Shown: piece by piece, positions 25,905-34,734 of the stretch | Layout of the letters: each line of letters begins with the position of its first letter | How positions within the stretch are numbered: the first letter of the stretch is position 1 | Assembly (NCBI GenBank): GCA_038727515.1 | Contig: JAVYVS010000003.1 | Location: 152,345-216,344, forward strand | Length of the DNA: 64,000 nucleotides | Origin: Candidatus Methanomethylicia archaeon | Lineage (GTDB): Archaea > Thermoproteota > Methanomethylicia > Culexarchaeales > Culexarchaeaceae | Reading direction: 5' to 3' | Notes under the pieces: model-generated | Seen by the model: the letters and a program-made list of their open reading frames with translations, nothing else | The model's database searches: none | What the model was told of the DNA's origin: nothing | Position numbers and translations under genes: made by a program

Positions 25905-26421
25905 AACCCAAAAATTGTTTACGAAACTCGTTTTCTAAATTCATTAATTCAATACTATTTTTTGAATTAATATAACATTTAATTAATTTTTCATTTATTG
26001 ACATAAAGTTTAATCCCCACTTAAAAAGTGATAATAATTTCACGGCTAAATTCATTTCATCTAACAAAATCAGTGCTGCTGCAAATGCCTCAACGCTGCT
26101 TAACATATATGGTTTCGCATAATTAACAGGGTTAGCTGCAAAAAATAATGGTAAACGTCTACTATTGTAAAGGTCTTTGAAATTATTTAAGATATCTTGA
26201 TTCTTCCAAGAACAATCAATGACTACTAATCCCCCGTTTCTCACAATAGGTTTATCTAGTGTACTTAATATTTTTGTGGAAAATGGATTCAAAATAATAG
26301 AATTTTTATACACATTTTTCAATGATTTAATAAATTTTACAAACCCAAATTTTTTAAGTTTTATTGAAGTACATTTTCGAGGATCGCATTCATGAAGATG
26401 CCAAACATATAAAGGGAACAT
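25894..26421 (-). CDS. tsr3: rRNA aminocarboxypropyltransferase Tsr3 (DUF367)
   Basis: CDPRKCTS.KL, IDCSW, R.LP...AANPVNY, LSSVEA, F.WG..F. Confidence 0.93.
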   Translation of the reverse strand: MFPLYVWHLHECDPRKCTSIKLKKFGFVKFIKSLKNVYKNSIILNPFSTKILSTLDKPIVRNGGLVVIDCSWKNQDILNNFKDLYNSRRLPLFFAANPVNYAKPYMLSSVEAFAAALILLDEMNLAVKLLSLFKWGLNFMSINEKLIKCYINSKNSIELMNLENEFRKQFLGYVG

Positions 26422-26497
26422 ATTATCATTAACCTAAAAAATATCTTAAACTAAACACTTAAATTTTAGTTTTAATCAAATATGAGTGTGATGAAAA

Positions 26498-26743
26498 ATG
26501 AGCACAGCCTTCGTTCTCATAAACACAGAAATAGGTTCGGAAAGAGAAGTTGCTAAAGAATTAGTGAAAATAGATGGTGTTGAAGAAGCTTATGTTATTT
26601 ACGGTGTTTACGATATAATAGCAAAAGTAAAAGCTGAAAACTTAGATAAGTTAAAAGAAATAATAACACTAAAAATAAGGAAGATGGAAAAAGTAAGATC
26701 AACATTAACTATGATTGTCGTTGAAGAAGGTAAGAAGAAATAA
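26498..26743 (+). CDS. stand-alone Lrp/AsnC ligand-binding domain protein
   Basis: AFVLIN.E.G.E..., YGVYDII.KV, STLTMIV. Confidence 0.88.
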   Translation: MSTAFVLINTEIGSEREVAKELVKIDGVEEAYVIYGVYDIIAKVKAENLDKLKEIITLKIRKMEKVRSTLTMIVVEEGKKK

Positions 26744-26755
26744 GAATGAAGGTAA

Positions 26756-28111
26756 ATGGTCATAAAATTTCATATAGGAATTGACAATACAGATTCAATT
26801 TATGGGGGATGTACAACATATGTAGGAGCATTAATCATAGAAGAGCTTTTAAAAATCAAAGGTATAAACTTTATAGATTACCCAAACTTAATAAGATTAA
26901 ATCCCAATATACCATGGAAAACTAGAGGAAATGGTGCGATAGCGCTCAGAATAGAAATTTTAAATGATGAAATAATCGATATAATAAAAGAGAAAGTTGT
27001 TAAAAAAGTTTTTGAAAGTTCACGTATAGATGAGGGTGCTGAACCTGCAGTAGCTTTCTTGAGGGGTGAGATCCCAAAAATACTAAGAAATTTTTCCGTA
27101 GATGTTATAAGGAGATTGGTGAATTTAGAAGAAACAATCAGAATAGCAAAGGAAAGCCATGTTGAATTTGTAACGTTAGAAGAGAATAAAAATAAAGGAA
27201 TTGTTGGGGCCGTAAGTGCAATAGGAATGACTATGGAAGAAGATTACACTTTTGAACTTCTTGCATATAGGAAGAAAGAAAATTACGGAAAGAAGAGGAT
27301 GGTAGATGAAAAAAGTGTATATGAAATGGATAGATTAACCTCACCATACACCTTTAATAACATAGATTATAATGAGAGAAGAATATTAATTACGCCTAGA
27401 GGACCGGATCCAGTATTGTTTGGAATTAGAGGCGAAACCCCAAAAATACTCTTAGCAGCTCTAAAAAAATTGAAAATATATGAACCCATAGAGAGATGGG
27501 TAATATACAGAACAAATCAAGGCACGGACAATCATTTCAAACATACAAAGGATCTTATGAATATAAGAGAATACGACTCTGTGAAGGTATGTGGCACTAT
27601 TTGCACATCACCAAAAATAATACAAGGAGGACACACGATATTAACAATGACGGATGGAAAAAATAACATTAAGTGCATTATATATGAGCCTACAGGTCAT
27701 CTAAGGAAAATAGCATACCACTTGCTTCCAGGAGATATTATAGAGGTTTACGGTTCAGTAAAAAAGTCGGGAAAAGAGGACCTGACAATAAATGTTGAAA
27801 AAATTTATATAAAGAAAATAGCACATATAAAGGAAAAAGTTAATCCAAAATGCCCAACATGCAACTCAACAATGAAATCAGAAGGGAAAAATAAAGGGTA
27901 TGAATGTAAAAAATGCAAATATAAAGCAAATTTAGTGAAAATAGAAATAGAAAAAGTAAGGAGTATTATAGAGGGTTTATATATGCCTACCCCAAAAGCT
28001 CAAAGACATTTAACGAAACCACTAATAAGGTATGGACAAGAAAAGGAAAAACATCAAATAAAACTAATTAAAAATTGGTATTGGAGTGAAACTATTAAAT
28101 GTAGAGAGTAA
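26756..28111 (+). CDS. tiaS: tRNA(Ile2) agmatinylcytidine synthase
   Basis: IGIDNTDS..GGCTT, RLNPNIPWKTRGNG, TNQGTD, OB fold and Zn ribbon. Confidence 0.95.
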   Translation: MVIKFHIGIDNTDSIYGGCTTYVGALIIEELLKIKGINFIDYPNLIRLNPNIPWKTRGNGAIALRIEILNDEIIDIIKEKVVKKVFESSRIDEGAEPAVAFLRGEIPKILRNFSVDVIRRLVNLEETIRIAKESHVEFVTLEENKNKGIVGAVSAIGMTMEEDYTFELLAYRKKENYGKKRMVDEKSVYEMDRLTSPYTFNNIDYNERRILITPRGPDPVLFGIRGETPKILLAALKKLKIYEPIERWVIYRTNQGTDNHFKHTKDLMNIREYDSVKVCGTICTSPKIIQGGHTILTMTDGKNNIKCIIYEPTGHLRKIAYHLLPGDIIEVYGSVKKSGKEDLTINVEKIYIKKIAHIKEKVNPKCPTCNSTMKSEGKNKGYECKKCKYKANLVKIEIEKVRSIIEGLYMPTPKAQRHLTKPLIRYGQEKEKHQIKLIKNWYWSETIKCRE

Positions 28112-28153
28112 AACTTATTGCCCAGAAAAGAATATTTAATCATAAATAGAAGA

Positions 28154-28231
28154 AGCGGGGTGGGCTAGCCAGGTTATGCCGCGGGGCTCATAACCCCGAG
28201 GTCGGTGGTTCAAATCCACCCCCCGCTACCA
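28154..28231 (+). tRNA. initiator tRNA-Met(CAT), CCA encoded
   Basis: A1:U72 (AGCGGGG/CCCCGCT), consecutive G-C pairs in anticodon stem, loop CT-CAT-AA. Confidence 0.93.
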
Positions 28232-28850
28232 ATTTTTAATTAATGTTCTTCCTTTGGCTTGTTTCATTCTTACAAGCAAAACAGAACTGATATACTAAAG
28301 TTTATTTAATGTCATTTTACGATCTAAAAACCATTACAGATACAAAGTAGTCAAAAATTTTGACCATACTTTAACTAAAAACTATGATTTATGGTTCCTT
28401 TAGGAACCATAAGAAAGGCTTCTTTTAAAACCTCTTCTTATAGTTTACAACGAATAAAAACTGAATATAATGGTTACTTATTGGATGCAAAAATTCTCGT
28501 TTTAATAAAAGCAAACTTAAAATAGTTATATTTATAATGAACTATAATGATGCGTATAAAATCTCTAAAAATCATATATATAAATATTTCTATAATCATA
28601 AACATAAAGAACCCCATTTATCATAGTATTTATGTTAAGTTAAATCATTATATGTTAACTAGTTTGCTAAAATACATCTAGATACTTTAAAACTAAAAGG
28701 AAAAAACAATTTATGTATAGTTTACTGCACAGTCAATGGTTTTAAAATATTTATTTTTAATATTTTTTAAAAATAATGAAATTATGGAAAAATTAGAATC
28801 ATCCATAACTATCATTAATCACTAACAATAATTAAAGAACATTTGGAGGA

Positions 28851-29854
28851 CCCCGTTCTCTTCCTATGGAATAATAAGAGAGTGATAGATGTATCTATCT
28901 TATTATGTTGAAGTTTTTAGAGTAATTACTCTATTTCTTTTTATAAAAATGATTATATAATGTAATTCGGAATATATTATAGAGTATTTCTTCACTACCC
29001 AATAACATAACAAACATTTTAAAGGTATTTCCATAAGAAATAATGGGGTGACCCTTTGCCTTATATTGATGATGAAAAAGCATACAAATTAGCACAATTT
29101 GTTCCAGCAGATGAGAGGTTAAAACTAATAAAAATAGTTTTTGAAGCATGTGGTGAAAATATATCTAAAACTGCAAAAGAAATAGGGGTAACACGAGCTC
29201 AAATATATCGATACTTAAAAAGAGCTGAAAGAAAGGACACTCCTTCAGACAAAATATTTTCGAAGGTAATAATTGCTGCATATCGTCTTCGACCTGCACA
29301 AACACAAGACTTCTTTAGATTTATCCTGAGGCAAATGAGGGAATTAGTTTCCAAACTATAAAAACTTTGTTTCATCTAATTTTGTTATATAACTTTTAAT
29401 CCCCAGGATCGAGGTCCTTAAACTTCATAGGTTCAAAAATAATATATTATAGATCATTATTAACCCCCATATACTTTAATTTATAACGGTACTTTTCCTA
29501 TTTTTGTTATATGTGTGATGAACTATTGTTGTAACGTTCACAAATGATTTATTTGTAATATATAAATTTTTCTATCATTAAACACATAAAACTTAATAAT
29601 CTACTTAAATTTATGATTTTTCCACATCATAACATTTCAACTAATTTGTATATACAAATCAAGATTTATTTCAACTAACTAAACTAAACACTTTTTTAAA
29701 TAGTTCACTCTGCAGGTTCTGAATAACTTCACACTTAATTAATACTTATCATACCCCTTAAAAACCCCTTGTAACTTCAAAAATACAATGGGAAATGGAA
29801 TAGGCTAATTAAAAAAAGTTTAATGCAGTCTTTACCCCTACATTTCCATTGGAA
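28851..29854. promoter_or_regulatory. candidate replication origin: three ORB-like elements (28851-28871 -, 29029-29048 +, 29835-29854 -) in AT-rich DNA
   Basis: TTCCATAGGAAGAGAACGGGG, TTCCATAAGAAATAATGGGG and TTCCAATGGAAATGTAGGGG resemble ORB consensus TTCCAnTGGAAAnnAAGGGG. Confidence 0.5.
29056..29361 (+). CDS. small HTH protein
   Basis: NISKTAKEIGVTRAQIYRYL HTH; TTG start after GGGGTGA SD. Confidence 0.8.
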   Translation: MPYIDDEKAYKLAQFVPADERLKLIKIVFEACGENISKTAKEIGVTRAQIYRYLKRAERKDTPSDKIFSKVIIAAYRLRPAQTQDFFRFILRQMRELVSKL

Positions 29855-30115
29855 AATTACAAAAAAGTAAATAAATTTTAGTTTATACGATTTTTTAATT
29901 CTATAAGCTCATTTTCGAATATTTTAGTAAAAAAAACCTTTTTTTAAATAATTCAGTTTTTAAATATCTTTTTTATTATATTATGCTGTTGTATTCAAAT
30001 ATTTTTGCAAAAGATTTATTACTTCCTTCAATTATAATATTTTATAACCTCCTTTTTTCCTGGAACCACGCATGAAATCATCATCAAGTAGATGATAAGA
30101 AAGAGGGGATGAAAA

Positions 30116-30526
30116 ATGAAAAAGGGCAAATGGCTATTACAGTATACTTCCCCTAGTGGTAATAGAGTTACGATCTCCTTAGAAGGCAAGTTTGATGTAG
30201 AGAAAATTAAACAACTTGCTGAATTAATAGAATTAATGAACATGTCTGATGAGACTGATTTTAAATATGATATCACAAGTGAGAGTAAATCACGTAGAAC
30301 AAATTTGAAGGAGTCATTAGTTTTATTGATAGAGAGGGAATTTAAAAATCGTTGGTTTAGCAGTAAGGATGTTGTAGAGGCCTATTATAAGGTATATGGG
30401 GAAAGGATACCCATGAGCACAGTTTCTTCCTACTTATCGAGATTATTACATGCTGGTGTTTTATCGTGTAAAGGACCTAAATCTAGAAGATTGTATAATA
30501 TTTCAGCAAATGTTGTAGATGCTTAA
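30116..30526 (+). CDS. winged-helix protein of unknown function
   Basis: C-terminal WFSSKDV.EAY...STVSSYLSRL...G.L wHTH; SD GAGGGG. Confidence 0.75.
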   Translation: MKKGKWLLQYTSPSGNRVTISLEGKFDVEKIKQLAELIELMNMSDETDFKYDITSESKSRRTNLKESLVLLIEREFKNRWFSSKDVVEAYYKVYGERIPMSTVSSYLSRLLHAGVLSCKGPKSRRLYNISANVVDA

Positions 30527-30564
30527 CTTATAATTGTGTGATACGTGATATATTTTTTATAAAG

Positions 30565-31131
30565 TTACATCACACTATCCTCTAGTAATATATATTGTTT
30601 TACTTTTTCAGGTACAATATACTTATATGGCCAAGTTTTTTCATCCCTTATTAAAATTCCTTCATTTGCAAGTTTTTTCAGTAACCTGCTTATGTGTTCC
30701 CTAGTTTTACCAATACGTTTTGCTAAAGCAGTTCCACCTTTTATCTCTGGATCTTTTGCAATAATTTTTATTATTTGTTTTTCAGTTTCTGTGAGGGTAT
30801 TTATTTTGTCAACAATGTCTTCTCCTTCTGTCTTCTTAGTTTTTTCTGTAATTTGAGGTTTTCCATGTATTTCCTTAATTTTTTTATATTCTAAGGGGGC
30901 TGGTTTTCGATTAATTTCCTCATTTATATTTGCATATTCTCTTATAAAACTTTCAATTCTCCTTATTCTATTATTTATTGCATGTAAATGATCCTCTATA
31001 ATTCCAAGTCTCTCTTCTATTATTTGTATTCGTGCAAATCTCCGATTTATTAAGTCGAGATAATCTATTATTTCCCTGTAAATTTCTTGCAGTATTTTAT
31101 CTGATGACTTTTTTTGATGTTCTATGTTCAC
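30565..31131 (-). CDS. coiled-coil plus winged-helix (MarR-like) protein
   Basis: N-terminal heptad-like segment; LTETEKQII...LAKRIGKTREHISRLLKKL..EG.L.R wHTH. Confidence 0.78.
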   Translation of the reverse strand: MNIEHQKKSSDKILQEIYREIIDYLDLINRRFARIQIIEERLGIIEDHLHAINNRIRRIESFIREYANINEEINRKPAPLEYKKIKEIHGKPQITEKTKKTEGEDIVDKINTLTETEKQIIKIIAKDPEIKGGTALAKRIGKTREHISRLLKKLANEGILIRDEKTWPYKYIVPEKVKQYILLEDSVM

Positions 31132-32464
31132 TTTTAATCACATTTATCATATATCACTTCTCACTTAAAGCTCTTTTGGGTCAAATTTTTTGCAATTAAA
31201 ATTTATCCTCTTAATGTATTTTGGGTCAATACTTTTGGGGAGTTTTTGAAGCCAGCTCTATTTCGTGGAGTGGGCAATTCCCCAATTATGCTAACAATAA
31301 TATTTAACATATTTTTATGATAAATGATGTGATTTTGATACTAAAATCACATATTACAATAAACGAGATAACTTCAAAATATTTTTTAAACCTTATTCCC
31401 TTCCTTTTTAGTGTCGTTTAATTCTTTAAAATTAACAGAAGATTCGGGCAATTTATTTTTTGGCTAAGTGATGATTATTCTAAACTAGAAATAAATAATA
31501 AAAATAAAACTAAAATCCTAGGATACTATTTAAATATTTAGGTCAGCCATACTTTTTCAAGTTTATACCTTCAGTATTAATATGGTAGTATTGATAGACC
31601 CTCCAGAATATTTTCGCTACTTCTAAAGAAATGTAATTTGTGGGGGATTGCTCATCCCACAAATTATGAACAATTTTAAATCACATGACTACAATTTGAT
31701 ATGTCATGAACCAATGTATGTTTGCTTTTATCTAAGAATTTCTCTTGTTAGAGGGAGAAATTTCCTCGCAATGTGTTCATTTTTTAAGAAAATTGTAAGG
31801 AGATGGAATTCAAGTAATATTTAAAGTTTATTAGGGGACCTTAAAGATCGTGGAAACCATATTAAACTAAATGAACTTCATCAACTTTTTTACGATCTCA
31901 TAATATACTTTCTTTCGTGTTTTTAATTGGAGATAAAGTCTTAAGGTTACTGTAATTCTCCGTATTACTTATCATTTTTGCATTTATCTTTATAGCCTTC
32001 ACCGTGAATAAGGATTTTGATGTTTCGAAGTCCAAAAGAATTAACCTTAAATTACTTTTTTGGTTCCTATAATTTAACATTGCTATTTAATGAATTTTAA
32101 TATCCTTTAATCGAAACATCAAAAATCCTCTAACAATAGCAGATTATATGCCGATTATAGGTAGACAATTGGGATCTATACTTGAGCCAAGAAAAAAAAA
32201 ATGCCAGAACCAGTATCACCTACAGGTAATTTGAGGTTAATTGAGTTATTGATATCCTTTCAATCTTACATTCATAGGTTTAAGTCTTATGAAAATTTGC
32301 TTTTGATCAAGAGGGGTATCAAAGTTTTAATTAACAAAAAAGGATATCAATAAATGAATAATATTAAAAAAGGTAATAAAATAATTCCCCTTTGATCAAT
32401 GTAATACTTTTGTACAGTATTTATACTTAAATTGTAAGTGAAATTATTATCAACTCCACCCTAA

Positions 32465-33321
32465 TATAAACATAAATATTTTTATCTACATTTTAAATTA
32501 GATTTCATTGGTATAAGTAGTTAATGGCAAAGAATATGGGATATACTCCAACCTCATCATCAATTGCAAGAATTTGAGTCTAAAGATATGATTAATAATT
32601 GTGGGGTTATAATATGGATTTCACTTTAATTTAATGAAAATCAAGTTAAGATCAGCATTAACTTTGTATATACACACATCTACTTGTGTATATTAGGATT
32701 TAAACTTAAAAATTAATTAAAGCGCAGTCACATACATGATTGCTAATAAAGTAAAAATATGAACTAATCTTGAAAAATTTAATGCAAAATATGAAAAAGT
32801 AATGTAATGTGACTAAAATCACTTAATAATCATATATCACAGCTCGTTATCATAACTTGATGATAAATAAATAGATAGAACCTTTTTTTGTTTTGGTCCA
32901 AGAACACTTCAAATTTTTAGACCTGATTTAAATTCCTATTTAATTGAATCCATAAGGAATCATAAAAATAAGGTAATCAATTATTTAATCTAAGAATATA
33001 CAAAAAGATTTTGAGAAGGATAAATAATAAATACCCATAAAATAATTTGATTTATCTTCATATTTTTATAAATGTGAAAACCCCCATATTTCCAAGTATT
33101 ACTAAAATCATAAATATTGAAACAAAAACTACTATTTGAATGGGTGTTACCTTTATTCCTCTTATTTCCTCTTCAAAGAAGCGTATGAGCCCGGCACCTG
33201 TTACCGGCATATAAGGGGATTCTTTCTTTTTCTTGGACATTTTATTCACCTTATTCATAGTTATTAGAACTATAAACATAAATATTTTTATCTACATTTT
33301 AAATTAGATTTCATTGGTATA
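32465..33321 (+). repeat. perfect 51-bp direct repeat (32465-32515 and 33271-33321)
   Basis: tataaacataaatatttttatctacattttaaattagatttcattggtata read identically at both positions. Confidence 0.9.
33058..33240 (-). CDS. secG: preprotein translocase subunit Sec61beta
   Basis: MSKKKKE...GAGLIRFFEEE..GIK.TP then one TM helix. Confidence 0.92.
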   Translation of the reverse strand: MSKKKKESPYMPVTGAGLIRFFEEEIRGIKVTPIQIVVFVSIFMILVILGNMGVFTFIKI

Positions 33322-33324
33322 TTT

Positions 33325-33615
33325 ATGCAGTTGAGTGAAGTGCAGCAACTTATTAAAGAAATATACTTTAATAGAGATCGTGAAAGAGGTATAGAAAAAA
33401 CATTTATATGGTTTGTTGAAGAGGTAGGGGAATTTGCAAAAACTTTGAAGAAAGGTTCAAAAAGTGATGTAGAAAATGAATTAGCAGATGTGTTTGCTTG
33501 GCTTCTTTCACTTGCTAATCTTCTAGAGATAGATTTGGAAAACGCTTTTACTTCTAAATATAATTGGTGCTGCCCACGATGTAAACAGAATCCTTGTAAA
33601 TGTCCAATGGAATAA
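33325..33615 (+). CDS. MazG-like nucleotide pyrophosphohydrolase
   Basis: WFVEEVGE.A...E.ELADVFAWL.SLAN; C-terminal CPRC...PC.C. Confidence 0.88.
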   Translation: MQLSEVQQLIKEIYFNRDRERGIEKTFIWFVEEVGEFAKTLKKGSKSDVENELADVFAWLLSLANLLEIDLENAFTSKYNWCCPRCKQNPCKCPME

Positions 33616-33873
33616 ATGTATCCTATAGGAACCAAGAATTTATTATTAGATGAGAGATTACCTAATTCATTATTAAGTAAGAGACGGCAACAATGAAATA
33701 AAAACTATAAAATAATAAAGATACCAGATAAAGATAAAAAGTAAACTATATATATTTCACAAATCCTTTATTTAATTAAATAAAACAATAATTTTCTACC
33801 AATGTTGAAAATTTCCTTAATATTGAAAATCAAAAATTCTTTTAAATGTTGACCTGAGGAGGGTTTAAAGATA

Positions 33874-34719
33874 ATGTATGAAGTAAATAAGGTTCGTGAA
33901 ATAATGACAGAAAATGTTATATATTGTGAAGTTCCGAGCACTCGAGTAGAAGTTTTATCCATTATGAAAAAACATAATCTAACATGCTTACCAGTTGTGA
34001 AAAAAGGCACTAAAAAACTTGTAGGTATAATAACTCGTTATTCTCTTTTAGAAAAACCTATGGAAGAGCAGACGGCGTTAATAATGACTCGTGATCCCAT
34101 ATATGTTTCCCCTAATCACAGGATAAAAGATCTAGCAAAAGCATTTATTGACCATAGAATTAGATACATACCAGTAGTAGACAATGACGAATTAGTAGGG
34201 ATGGTTACAGTTAGTGATATTGTTCATAAAGTATTAACTAAATCGACCTTTTATCAACCTATAAAAAACTTCATAGAAAGAAACTTCATAGCGTTATGGG
34301 ATAAAACTCCTATAAATGTTGGATGGAGAATTATGGAATTAGCAAAAATTTATGCTGCCCCCGTTATAAACTCTAAACTTGAGGTAGTAGGTATTTTTTC
34401 AGCGTCTGATATTTTTTCTCATATAGAGATAGTTGTTGATGAACATAAACATGTTGTTAAAGCCGCTACTGAAGGTCAAGAATGGGATTGGGATTCATTA
34501 ACGATAATATATGTAGGAAGTAAAAAGCTTATACTTCCCGAAAAACCAATAAGTGAAATAATGAAACGTGAAATTGTTACATTAAGGGAGGAAACCAGTA
34601 TAAGTCAATGTGCAAAGAAAATGCGAGATTTAAACTTGCATATACTTCCAGTCGTTAATTCTGAAGGCGTATTAACTGGTGTTATAAATGATGTGAATTT
34701 AATTAAAATTTTAACATGA
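33874..34719 (+). CDS. CBS domain protein (4 CBS)
   Basis: Repeated (L/I/A)PVV...VG(I/M) motifs; WDWDS insert. Confidence 0.88.
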   Translation: MYEVNKVREIMTENVIYCEVPSTRVEVLSIMKKHNLTCLPVVKKGTKKLVGIITRYSLLEKPMEEQTALIMTRDPIYVSPNHRIKDLAKAFIDHRIRYIPVVDNDELVGMVTVSDIVHKVLTKSTFYQPIKNFIERNFIALWDKTPINVGWRIMELAKIYAAPVINSKLEVVGIFSASDIFSHIEIVVDEHKHVVKAATEGQEWDWDSLTIIYVGSKKLILPEKPISEIMKREIVTLREETSISQCAKKMRDLNLHILPVVNSEGVLTGVINDVNLIKILT

Positions 34720-34734
34720 ATATCTTGATTAATT

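Noticed and set aside
28154-28231. CAT-anticodon tRNA next to tiaS read as tRNA-Ile2
   Set aside because: A1:U72 and the G-C-rich anticodon stem identify the initiator tRNA-Met.
31898-32080. 60-aa ORF in the non-coding region (likewise 28931-29149 and 30028-30276)
   Set aside because: No recognisable motif or SD; the other two are antisense to better genes.
32500-32562. Minus-strand C box ATGATGA with GGTTGGAGT guide-like segment
   Set aside because: No D or D' boxes follow.
28232-33050. Integrated mobile element or CRISPR array downstream of the tRNA
   Set aside because: No integrase or transposase, no duplicated tRNA 3' end, and no regularly spaced repeat-spacer units seen.
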